A stretch of DNA of 20,000 bases from Chiloscyllium plagiosum. Its lineage: Eukaryota. Below the pieces are notes generated by a model. The model saw only the letters and a list, made by a program, of their open reading frames with translations. It had not been told where the DNA came from and made no database searches. Where the stretch lies: NCBI RefSeq assembly GCF_004010195.1, contig NW_025215344.1:87293-107292 (forward strand). The letters run 5' to 3'. Shown here piece after piece: positions 1 through 9,128 of this stretch. The translations under genes were made by a program, and so were the position numbers. The number at the start of each line of letters is the position of its first letter. Position 1 is the first letter of the stretch.

Positions 1-150
1 TGGCCTTTCGATTGTGCTCCATCATTCAATGGGAAACAGCTGACCATCCAGCTCAGTCTTCTGTTCCTGCTGTGCTCCAATCCCCTTTCATGACTTGACC
101 TCGAAGAACTATATCGAAGTCCTCCTTTGGCTTCACTGCCTTTTGTTCCA
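1..150 (-). mobile_element. Degenerate CR1-type LINE 3' end fragment
   Basis: ggcctttcgattgtgctccatcattcaat...gcttcactgccttttg resembles the reverse complement of shark CR1/HER1-like 3' UTRs (recalled consensus). The paralog at ~5998-6170 shows it more completely. Confidence 0.5.
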
Positions 151-289
151 GTGACGTTGTTGTGTTACTGTGTGGGTGTAGGCAGGGGTAATGTGATGGT
201 GCTGCCTCCTGGACGAGGCAGTCAGTGTCCCTCATCATCCTGCAGTAACATCAACCGGGTTTCAGCAACTAGAGATAGAAACCATTTGC

Positions 290-450
290 AGGATATGGGC
301 ATCACTGGCTCAGCCAGCATTTATTCCCCATCTCTACTTACCCTTGAGAAGATGGTAGTGAGCTGCTGTCTTGACCCATTCGCAGTCCATTTGGCGCAGA
401 TAGACCGGCAATGCTGGGAGGGCGAGTGTTGCAGGATTTTGGCCGAGTGA
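290..450 (-). mobile_element. CR1/L2-clade LINE 3' terminal fragment
   Basis: ggatatgggcatcactggctcagccagcatttattccccatc...cccttgagaagatggtagtgagc resembles the reverse strand of a very common shark LINE 3' end (recalled, not searched). Confidence 0.65.
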
Positions 451-610
451 TTCTCTATCTTTGGTTCTTCAAATGCTGGTTAACTTAATCACGATCTGCA
501 CATGATTTTGAGGTTTCAGTCTGCAAATCTTCACCATCTAGCACCCTGTCCCTCATCATCCTGCAGTAACATCAACCGGGTTTCAGCAACTAGAGATAGA
601 AACCATTTCC

Positions 611-771
611 AGGATATGGGCATCACTGGCTCAGCCAGCATTTATTCCCCATCTCTACTTACCCTTGAGAATATGGTAGTGAGCTGCTGTCTTGAACCAT
701 TCACAGTCCATTTGGCGCAGATTGACCGACAATGCTGGGAGGGAGAGTGTTGCAGGATTTTGGCGGAGTAA
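611..771 (-). mobile_element. CR1/L2-clade LINE 3' fragment (copy made by the 321-bp duplication)
   Basis: Near-identical to 290-450. Confidence 0.65.
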
Positions 772-1226
772 TTCCCCATCTTTGGTTTGTCAAATTCTGG
801 AAAACTCAATCACGATTGGCACATGATTTTGAGATTTCAGTCTGCAAATCTTCACCATCTAGCACCCTGAATAAATGAATAGGTACAGATTAGAAATTTA
901 GAACAGACAATTCTGGTTTCTCTGGAGTATTTTTCGCCTTTGTTCCCCCAAAGCTGTAACCCTCCAGCCCACTTACTCTCTTCCATCATTCTGACTCTGC
1001 TGCCCCTAATGTCCACCCTCCCCATACTCATGGAGTTACTGATAAACCGATCCATGCCACCACTTTCCGTCCTGGTTAGACTCTGCACCCTTTCTGGGTT
1101 AACTTCCTTTCCCTTCAGTTGCTGCAAGTCAATAATGTAACAGCAGAATGAAACAAAAAGAAACAGAAAGGGAGGTGGCAGATCCTGGACAGAAGAGGAA
1201 CCTTCAGTCTGGGAGAATGGGTCAGA

Positions 1227-1442
1227 GGAGAAAGTGAGGTCTGCAGATGCTGGAGATCAAAGTTGAAACTTTATTGCTGGAACAGCACAGCAGGTCAGGC
1301 AGCATCCAGGGAACAGGAGATTCGACGTTTCGGGCACAGGCCCTTCTTCAGGAATGAGGAAGGGCCTGTGCCCGAAACATCGAATCTCCTGTTCCCTGGA
1401 TGCTGCCTGACCTGCTGTGCTGTTCCAGCAATAAAGTTTCAA
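1227..1442. mobile_element. Penelope-like fold-back mini-insertion (inverted pLTR pair plus 36-nt tail)
   Basis: Inverted arms 1263-1350 and 1355-1442 surround a GGAA loop. TSD agaatgggtcaga at 1214-1226 and 1442-1454. The paralog at ~6899-6911 has a single agaatggatcaga (empty site). Nearly identical to 17345-17547. Confidence 0.9.
1320..1355 (-). ncRNA. Minimal type I hammerhead ribozyme motif (PLE-associated)
   Basis: Minus strand reads AUUC-CUGAAGA-A-GGGC-cugu-GCCC-GAAA-C-GUC-GAAU. This gives a CUGANGA/GAAA core, 4-bp helix II, 4-bp helix I (AUUC/GAAU), a palindromic ACGU in place of helix III, and a GUC cleavage triplet. Confidence 0.8.
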
Positions 1443-1700
1443 GAATGGGTCAGATCCTTCCTTGTTTCTCATTGGTCAATTCCAGTGTTATGACGAGTTG
1501 GGGATGGAACTTGGTGCCATGTGGGTGTGCTGACACTTTGACCCTCCAACAGATCAATACTACAAGCAGATGCGTCCCTTCTCCAGCCAAAGTGTGAAAT
1601 GCTTTCCGCTAGTTACCCCAAAGCACATGCTTCAAAATCCGCCCACATTCTGTACATGTACAGTGCTGGGTTTCCCCACACACGTGTGGTCCCTGCCTCA

Positions 1701-1721
1701 GGGATTGTGGGAGTTGTAGTC
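1701..1721 (-). promoter_or_regulatory. ZNF143(Staf)/THAP11-type composite promoter motif
   Basis: Minus strand reads GACTACAACTCCCACAATCCC, matching ACTACAnnTCCCAnnAT. An E-box (cacgtg) lies at 1681 and a CCAAT box (agccaat) at 1876-1882. Confidence 0.65.
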
Positions 1722-1926
1722 CCCATGAAGCCTCTGAAAGGTGAAAACAAGTGTGGGCTGGAGGGTGTTGTGTATAGGATATCCATTCAGACACACACGA
1801 CATGTGGGTTGTCACTGGGTTTTACTGAGACATCCGCTTAAACAACCCGATTTCTGACGAAAGAAATACACATTCAGCCAATTGTGTGGTGGGGAGGTTA
1901 ATAAGGGGCAGCAGATTTTAAGCAGA

Positions 1927-2101
1927 GGTGTCTCAGTGGCTAGCACTGCTGTCTCACAGCGTCAGGGACCCGGGTTTAATTCCAGCCTTAGGCAACTGTC
2001 TGTGTGGAGTTTGCACAGTCCCTGTGTCTGCGTGGGTTTCCTCCCACAATGCAAAGATGTGCAGGTTAGATGGATTGGCCATGCTAAATTGCCCATAGTG
2101 T
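1927..2101 (+). mobile_element. HE1-like tRNA-derived V-SINE, 3'-truncated
   Basis: A-box-like tctcagtggc, B-box-like ggtttaattcc, and V-domain gggtttcctcccacaatgcaaagatgtgcaggttag...ggccatgctaaattgccc. Confidence 0.85.
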
Positions 2102-2169
2102 TTAGCCTTGCTCTGCTGTTCACATGAATGTTTATATCTGGAAAAGAGTATATCAGCTGGAAAAGTCTC

Positions 2170-2352
2170 CAGTTCGGTGAGTCTGCTCCGGGGTTACGTT
2201 TAACCGCCGAGCGTGGGTTGTTGGCAACCGCTCTACGAGAACTGACGGCTCCCAGTTCCGGTAACATGTAGAGTGAGTATAAGCCAGACCCGTTGTGGCG
2301 ACGCTGCGGGGAATGAAATGCCCATATTCTAGCAGACTCGCCTCTTGGTCGT
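2170..2352 (+). promoter_or_regulatory. CpG-enriched patch, possible first exon or promoter of the ZNF locus
   Basis: CpG density is visibly higher than in the flanks. Canonical donor-like cg|gtgagt at 2177, and X-box-like gttgttggcaac at ~2217-2228. Confidence 0.35.
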
Positions 2353-2499
2353 TTGTTCTGTGTCAGACTACTCTCCTACGAACCTGACCTTGAGAATTTT
2401 TTAAAACAGTGCCCTGAACCCAGTCCCACTGTGAGAGCACCTGAATGGTCTCGCATTGGTCTCCTGTGACCAGGAGATATGATATTCACCATCCCGGGG

Positions 2500-2860
2500 G
2501 ATACTGTGAAAAGATACCTCCAAGAGGGATCTAGCGAGAGTAGATTGGGAGAAACTGTTGAAATTCATGAAAGAATCAATAATGAGGAGGCACCGATGTA
2601 AAGGGATTGACAAAAGAAGCACATGTGACATGAGACAAAACGTTTTCATGCAGAGAAAGTTTATGGTCAGGAGTGGACTGCCAAAGAGTGTGGTGGAGCC
2701 AGGTACAATGAAGAGAATAGAATTGAACCGTTATTGGAAAAGGATGAAAGGGAAGGTTTATGGAGTAAAGGTAAAGATTGGCATTCGGTGAGGTGATCCT
2801 TTGGAGAGCTGATGAGCCGATCAGCCTCCTTTTGTCCTTCTGTGAACATTTAATTCTGAG
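2500..2860 (+). mobile_element. Degenerate CR1-type LINE 3' end (ORF2 C-terminus plus 3' UTR)
   Basis: Translation RVDWEKLLKFMKESIMRRHRCKGIDKRSTCDMRQNVFMQRKFMVRSGLPKSVVEPGT resembles the CR1 ORF2 C-terminus (ESRTRGH...MRRNFFTQRVV..WNSLP..VEA). It is followed by a gatgagccgatcagcctcctt 3' UTR-like stem. Confidence 0.75.
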
Positions 2861-3388
2861 CTCTCTAAGGAAATATCAGAGCAGGGATTGTGAAGAGGTC
2901 AGATTGAATGAGTGTCTCGGTGAACAAAAGTGAGACACAGATACAGAAAGGCTTTGGGATGGATTGAATCAAATGTTATAAATTTGCATGGCAATCAACA
3001 TTATAGCAGTTACAAACGGGAGTGATCAGGACAGTGGAATTAAATCAGCAAATAAATCTTAAACATTGATGCAGCTAAAGGGGATGCTGGGTAAAGATAC
3101 CACAGTTAGCGATTATTTCATTCCAGAAACACCAGGCAGGGAGCACACTTTTGCTGTATCTACCATATTGCTCTCTTTAAGATTTTTGTTCCTTTGAAGT
3201 GTTTCATGTTCAGATAGTCTGGAGAAGACAGGTTCAGTATCCTCAATCTCTTCTGCCAGGACAATGCTGCTATTAGAATTCAATTCACTGATGCATGTTA
3301 CTGGCTGCATCAAGAACTGGAACTGGCAACTGAGACTGTAAGGTTACTGTATAAAATATCTTCAATTGTATTGCCAGATAGCCAGACA

Positions 3389-3575
3389 TATGAGGGACTT
3401 TAATAACAAGAACCTAAATGATGGGCATTGAGTGTCAGAGCGCATACTGTTGTGGGGGCATCCTGTTTAGATACAATCTATTGGTAATTGTTAGAATTGA
3501 CTTGCACTGGTTCCAGGGAAGTGGTCAGAGCATTATAACGGTCATCGGAGATGGTAGCAAATTTCCCATGGGTTA
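3389..3575 (+). mobile_element. Possible highly decayed CR1 AP-endonuclease fragment
   Basis: atgagggactttaat translates to MRDFN (compare MGDFN). Downstream similarity is weak. Confidence 0.25.
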
Positions 3576-3743
3576 AAAATCGTAAATGACAGAGTGGGTA
3601 CGAGTTCTGCTGGTAAAGTGCATAAAGTTATTCAAAATGGCCCTATTTTACTTTCAGAAACAAGTGAGGGAAAGGAACGTTACTGAGGTCATTGCATTAG
3701 TCCAAATTTAGAAATTCAGGGGAACTGAAGGGAGAGCCGGTGT

Positions 3744-3756
3744 TGGGAGTTGTAGT
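3744..3756 (-). promoter_or_regulatory. Second ACTACAACTCCCA (ZNF143/THAP11-type) motif
   Basis: tgggagttgtagt is identical to 1708-1720 and lies ~120 bp upstream of the ZNF ATG. Confidence 0.35.
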
Positions 3757-3875
3757 AATGATAGGGAAAACATTGTTTTACAGAGCGAGAGAGTTTCCAG
3801 GTAGGAAACTCAGCTTTAACATCACATCAACTGCAGAGTCTTCCAATTCCGCAGGTCCTGATCCTTCTCGGTAAT

Positions 3876-4710
3876 ATGGAAGGGGAAAGCAGTATTCCTA
3901 GCCCAGAGAAATCATTCCTATGTTATGCATGCAGTCAAATATTTAACTGGTCATGTGATCTGGGAAGACACCAATGTGACTGGACCAGGGTGAGGCTGTG
4001 TAAATGTGACGACTGTGGGAAGGAATTCACTTACCCCTCCCAGCGGGACACTCACTGACACAGTCACACTGGGGAGAGGTTGGTTACCTGCCCCATGTAC
4101 GAGAAGGGATTTAATCGAACTTACAATCTGCTGAGGCACCAGTGGATTTAGACCCTTCACCTGCTCCATGTGTGAGAAAGGATTCATTCAAATCTCTCTC
4201 CTGCAGAGACATCAGTGCATTCCCATCGGGGAGAGGTAATTCACCTGCCCAGCGTGTGGGAAAGCATTCACTCAGTCCTCTGATCTGCTGAAACACCAGC
4301 GAGCTCACTCTGGGGAAAGGTCATTCACTTGATCCCAGTGCGGGGAGAGATTCACACAAATGCACCACTTGCTAAGTGTGTGAGAAGGGGTTCAGTGTTT
4401 CATGCTGCCCCCTGAGATCCCAGTGAGGGGTCAGGCCATTCAGGTACTCAGCGTGTGAGAGAGGGGATTCCTGCCCCCGAGACCCCAGTGAGCCCAGACA
4501 GGGGAGAGGCCATTCAGATGCTCAGTGTGTGAGAAGGGATTCAGTTATTCATCCCACCTCCTGAGACCCCAGCGTGTTCACACTGGGTAGGAGTTGTTTC
4601 CCTCTCTGTGTGACAAGGGATTTGCTGAGTCTTCAACACAACTGAGAGCCCAGTGAGTGCACACAGGGAAGTGGTCATCAACCTGCTCCATGTGGGATAG
4701 AGTTCACACA
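3876..4710 (+). pseudogene. Tandem C2H2 zinc-finger pseudogene (~10 degenerate fingers, no KRAB domain visible)
   Basis: MEGESSIPSPEKSFLCYACSQIF...CDDCGKEFTYPSQRDTH*HSHTGER, then a frameshift near 4149, then RPFTCSMCEKGF...[40 protein letters not shown], and later [35 protein letters not shown]-type linkers, multiple stops and frameshifts. Acceptor-like ttgttttacag ends at 3783. Confidence 0.92.
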
Positions 4711-4934
4711 TCACTGCAGGACTCTGATTCTGATGTTACTGTCCATCAGAGTCAGGACTGGACCTTGTACATGATGACACTGCTGGAGTATTGATGTTGT
4801 TGTTAACTGGGCTGGAGTTGACTGAATTTATATTGTCTCTTTCTGAACCTCAGGATGTCTCTCTGAGCAGTAAGTCTCCACAAACAGCAATGTGACAATG
4901 AGCAGGGATCATCTGTTTTGATTTAAATTGTGAT

Positions 4935-5257
4935 TGTAGCATGGCTGCTTCACAGCATCAGGTACAAGGTTGGAATCCAGCCTTGATCAACGGCCTGTAT
5001 GGAGTTCCCACATACTCCCCATGATAGTGTGGGGCCCCTCCAGGTGCTCTGGTTTCCTCCCACAGTCCAAAGATACGAAGGTCAGGTCGATCAGTTTTTG
5101 CTAAATTGTCCACAGTGTCCAGGAATGTGCAGACCAGCCATGGGAAATGCAGTGTTACAGGGATGGAGTGCTCTGGATGGGATGATCTTCAGATGGTCGG
5201 TGGGATTTGATGGGCCAATGCTCTCCTTCCACACTATCGGGTTTCTATTCTATGATT
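4935..5257 (+). mobile_element. Old HE1-like V-SINE, near full length
   Basis: gctgcttcacagcatcagg, B-box-like ggttggaatcc, V-domain ggtgctctggtttcctcccacagtccaaagat, LINE-like 3' end gatgggccaatg...ttccacact, and a ttctattctatg tail. Confidence 0.8.
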
Positions 5258-6024
5258 GAGGATAAAGGTGACACAGCAGGATGTCCTCGGAGAAGGAGCA
5301 TGTAGTGTGTATCAATGCTATCGATACCTTTAGATAGAGATGGGCACCACAGGCATGGGCATCTGTAGTGCTTTATATCCACTGCTGCCCCCTCTCCACA
5401 ACTCTACTTTGATTTAGTCCCTTCCCACTCTGTCATTTGTAATGGTTTGCTTTGCATGTAATGGGCTTTGTTTATAAATATTCAATTGGTTACATGGGTG
5501 GCCTACTGCTGGTAACAAAAAGCAAAATGATGTAATGATGATTTTGATGATGGAAAGGTTGATCAGCTGTGTGTGGTAACACTTCTGAATAGGAGAAATG
5601 GGGAAAAAAGAATGCTTCGTAGCTCACAGAACGAGAACTGAAAATCAGTTAAATCAAACCGAAGGTTCAGACAGGGAGGGAATATTTCCCTGGAGTTTGA
5701 GTAACTGGAAAGTGATGGTGTCTGGGAGTAGATTTTGTTTTATAGGGCATTCGAAATTTTAAAACTGTAATATTCAGACAGTTTAATTCTTTTCTTTAAT
5801 TTTATTTGTTGTGCAATAAACTTTTACAATTTTTTAAAACCAAAATCCACAATCCTTGTGTCAAAGACAAATGTTAAATAAAATCCATCAAACCTTCCCT
5901 CACTGAAAACTGATGTGGAAGAGCAATCTCCTGGAGGATCCCTGCCTTTCCTACTTCTTCCTACCCAGGCTCCGTATATATGGCTGTATACATATCTGGG
6001 AGATAGCAGCAGGAGGAGGTCAAT

Positions 6025-7561
6025 CGGCCTTTCAACTCTGCTCCACAATTCAATAGGAAACAGCTGGCCAGCTCAGTCTCCTGTTCCTGCTGTGTTCCAA
6101 TCCCCTTTCATTACTTTACCTCGAAGGCCTATATCAAAAGTCCTCCGTTAACTTCACTGCCTTTTGTTCCAGTGGTGGTGTTGTGTTACTGTGTGGGTGT
6201 AGGCAGGGGTAATGTGATGGTTCTGCCTCCTGGAGGATGCACTCAGTGTTCCTCATCATCCTGCAGTAACATCAACCGGGTTTCAGCAACTAGAGATAGA
6301 AACCAGTTGCAGGATATGGGCATCACTGGCTCAGCCAACATTTATTCCCTATCTCTAGTTACCCTTGAGAAGATGGTAGTGAGCCATTCACAGTCCATTT
6401 GGCGCAGATAGACCGACAATGCTGGGAGGGAGTGTGTTGCAAGATTTTGGCCGAGTGATTCTCCATCTGTGGTTCTTCAAATGTTGTTTAACTTAATCAC
6501 AATCCGCACCTGATTCTGAGATTTCAGTCTGCAAATCTTCACCATCTCGCATCCTGAATAAATGAATATGTACAGATTAGAAATTTAGAACAGACAATTC
6601 TCGTTTCTCTGGAATATCTTTTTCCCCCAAAGCAATAACCCTCCAGTCCACCTACTCTCTCCCACCATTCTGACTCTGCTCCCCTAATGTACACCCCCCC
6701 CCCCCCCCCCCCTCCCCGTCTTACTGATAAACAGATCCATGCCACCACTTCCCGTCCTGGTTAGACTCTGCACCCTTTCTGGGTTTCACTTCCTTTCCCT
6801 TCAGTTGCTGCAAGTCAATAATGTAACAGCAGAATAAACAAAAGGAAACAGAAAGGGAGGTGGCAGATCCTGGACAGAAGAGGAACCTTCAGTCTGGGAG
6901 AATGGATCAGATCCTTCTTTGTTTCTCATTGGTCGATTCCAGTGTTATGACGAGTTGGGGATGGAACTTGGTGCCATGTGGGTGTGCTGACACTTTGACC
7001 CTCCAACAGATCAATATTACAAGCAAATATGTTCCTCCTCCAGACAATCACAGTGTGAAATACTTTCCGCTAGTTACCCCAAAGCACAAGCTCCAAAACC
7101 CACCCACATTCTGTACTTGTGCAGTGCCGGGTTTCCCCACACACGTGCGGTTCCTGTCTCGGAATTTGGGAGTTGTAATCCCCATGCAGCCACTGGAGAC
7201 CTGTCTCTGAATTGTGAATGAAAAGTGTGGGTGGAGGGATGTTGTGTATTGGATCCCCATTCAGACACATGTGAGCTGTCACTGGAATTTACTGAGACAT
7301 CCGCTTAGACAACCTGATTTCTGATGTAAGGAACATAGATTCAGCCAATTGGGGAATTGGGAGGTTAAGGGGCAGCAGGTTTTAAGCAGAGGTGGTTCAG
7401 TGGCTGGCACTGCTGCCTCACAGCATCAGGGAGCTTAGGCGACTGTGTGGAGTTTACACATTCGCCCCATGTTTGCATGGTTTTGTGCAGTTCTCCTGTT
7501 TCCTCACACAGTCCAAAGATGTGCAGGTTAGGTGTGGCCATGTTAAATTGTCCGTAGTGTT
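6025..7561 (+). repeat. Segmental duplication copy 2 (paralog of 1-2102)
   Basis: Collinear with copy 1. It lacks the 321-bp duplication and the PLE insertion, has an expanded poly-C at 6694-6712, and contains the LINE fragment at ~6311-6457 and a degraded ZNF143 motif at 7161-7180. Confidence 0.93.
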
Positions 7562-7674
7562 AGGTAAGGGGTAAGGGGTAAATGTAGGGGTATGGGTGGT
7601 TTGCGCTTCGGCGGGTCGGTGTGGACTTGTTGGGCCGAAGGGCCTGTTTCCACACTGTAATGTAATCTAATCTA
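7391..7674 (+). mobile_element. HE1-like V-SINE with intact 3' tail
   Basis: 5' head ggtggttcagtggctggcactgctgcctcacagc (B-box deleted), V-domain, and 3' end cgcttcggcgggtcggtgtggacttgttgggccgaagggcctgtttccacactg followed by a taatgtaatctaatcta tail. Confidence 0.9.
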
Positions 7675-8497
7675 TTTAGTTCTGAGGGAGGGCCGCACTG
7701 TCAGGATTTTAGATCTGATGGTGGGCCGCCCTGCCAGGAGTTTAGTACTGAGGGAGTGCCACACTGTCAGGTATTTAGTTCTGAGGGAGGGCCGCACTGT
7801 CAGGATTTTAGATCTGATGGTGGGCCGCCCTGCCAGGAGTTTAGTACTGAGGGAGGGCCGCACTGTCAGGAGTTCAGTTCTGCGGGAGGGCAGCACTATC
7901 AGGAGATTAGTACTGAGGTTGGGCCACACTGTCAGGAGTTTAGTTCTGAGGGAGGGCCGCACTGTCAGGTATTTAGTTCTGAGAGATGGCCGCACTGTCA
8001 TGAGTTCAGTTCTTGGGGAGGGCGGCACTGTCAGGAGTTTAATACTGAGGTAGTGCCACACTGTCAGGTATTTAGTTCTGAGGGAGAGCCGCACTGTCAG
8101 GAGTTTCATACTGAGGGAGGGCCGCCCTGTCAGGAGTTTAGTACTGAGGGAGGGCCGCCCTGTAAGGAGTTCAGTTCTGAGGGAGGGCCGCACTGTCAGG
8201 AGTTTAATACTGAGGGAGGGCCGCCCTGTCAGGAGTTTAGTATTAAGGGAGGTCCGCAGTGTCAGGAGTTCAGTTCAGAGGGAGGGCTGCACTGTCAGGA
8301 GATTAGTACTGAGGGAGGGCCGCCCTGTCAGGAGTTCAGTTCTGAGGGAGGGCCGTACTGTCAGGAGTTCAGTTCTGAGGGAGGGCCGCACTGTCAGGAG
8401 TTTAGGACTGAGGGAGGGCCGCACTGTCAGGAGTTTAGTTTCTGTATCAGTGGTGCTGGAAGAGCACAGCAATTCAGGCAGCATTCGAAAAGTTTCG

Positions 8498-8534
8498 AAA
8501 TCGACGTTTCAGGCAAAAGGCCTTCATCAGAAAT
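8498..8534 (-). ncRNA. Minimal hammerhead ribozyme motif in the inverted pLTR
   Basis: Minus strand reads auuu-CUGAUGA-AGGC-cuuuu-GCCU-GAAA-C-GUC-gauuu. Core and helix II are canonical, helix I is weak. Confidence 0.7.
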
Positions 8535-8641
8535 AAAGGCAGAGAGCCTGAAGCGTGGAGTGATAAGCTAGAGGAGGGTGGGGGTGGGGATAGAGTAGCA
8601 TAGAGTACAATCCCCACCCCCACTCTCCCCTAGCTTATCTA

Positions 8642-8890
8642 GAGCGCTTAAGGGAACATCTCCGAGACACCCGCACCAATCAACCAAACCGCCCCGTGGC
8701 TCAACATTTCAACTCCCCCTCCCACTCTGCCGAGGATATGGAGGTGCTGGGCCTCCTTCACCGCCGCTCCCTCACCACCAGACGCATGGAAGAAGAACTC
8801 CTCATCTTCCGCCTCGGAACACTTCAACCCCAGGGCATCAATGTGGATTTCAACAACTTCCTCATTTCCCCTTCCCCCACCTCATCCTAG
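8642..8890 (+). pseudogene. PLE ORF C-terminus (GIY-YIG endonuclease domain remnant)
   Basis: ERLREHLRDTRTNQPNRPVAQHFNSPSHSAEDMEVLGLL...RRMEEELLIFRLGTLQPQGIN*. The R..EH, VA.HF, E..I..L.T..P.G.N pattern is typical of Penelope/Poseidon GIY-YIG domains. Confidence 0.88.
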
Positions 8891-9091
8891 TTTCTAACCT
8901 CCAGCAACATGATCCCCTTGACTTGTCCGGATATGTCCGACCTGCCCAGCTCCTTTTCCACCTATCCACTCCACCCTCTTCTCCCTGACCTATCACCTTC
9001 ATCTCCTCCCCCACTGACCTATTGTACTCTATGCTACTCTATCCCCACCCCCCTCTAACTTATCTCTCGACGCTTCAGGCTCTCTGCCTTT

Positions 9092-9128
9092 ATTCCTGAC
9101 GACGGCCATTTGCCCGAAACGTCGATTT
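9092..9128 (+). ncRNA. Degenerate hammerhead motif in the 3' pLTR
   Basis: attc-CTGACGA-cggccatttgccc-GAAA-C-GTC-gattt. The core is retained but helix II is partly mispaired. Confidence 0.55.

Larger units (their letters stand above)
226..869. repeat. 321-bp direct tandem duplication (226-546 and 547-869)
   Basis: tgtccctcatcatcctgcagtaac starts at 226 and 547, and both units end ...tcaccatctagcaccctg. The paralog at 6246-6555 has a single unit. Confidence 0.95.
1..2102 (+). repeat. Segmental duplication copy 1 (paralog of 6025-7561), truncated by the window start
   Basis: Collinear near-identity read by eye. Examples: gcttcactgccttttgttccagt at ~130 vs ~6150; ggcagatcctggacagaagaggaaccttcagtctgggag at ~1177 vs ~6862; same SINE start at 1927 vs 7391. 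Copy 1 additionally has a 321-bp tandem duplication and a 216-bp insertion. Confidence 0.93.

Noticed and set aside
127..771. Duplicated 107-aa and 89-aa ORFs
   Set aside because: They are antisense readings over a LINE fragment in a tandem duplication, and the frame is not conserved in the paralog.
1263..1442. Pre-miRNA or DNA-transposon MITE
   Set aside because: The inverted repeat is not terminal on one side (36-nt tail), and the arms are homologous to a hammerhead-bearing PLE pLTR, so a retroelement origin fits better. Small-RNA production is not excluded.
1927..1990. tRNA gene (also 4935-4985 and 7391-7435)
   Set aside because: The A/B-box-like heads continue into a V-SINE body and no complete cloverleaf forms, so these are tRNA-derived SINE heads.
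5400..5990. Possible LTR remnant (AT-rich, aataaa at ~5815, ggtaaca ends)
   Set aside because: No partner LTR, primer-binding site or TSD is identifiable, so it is left unannotated.
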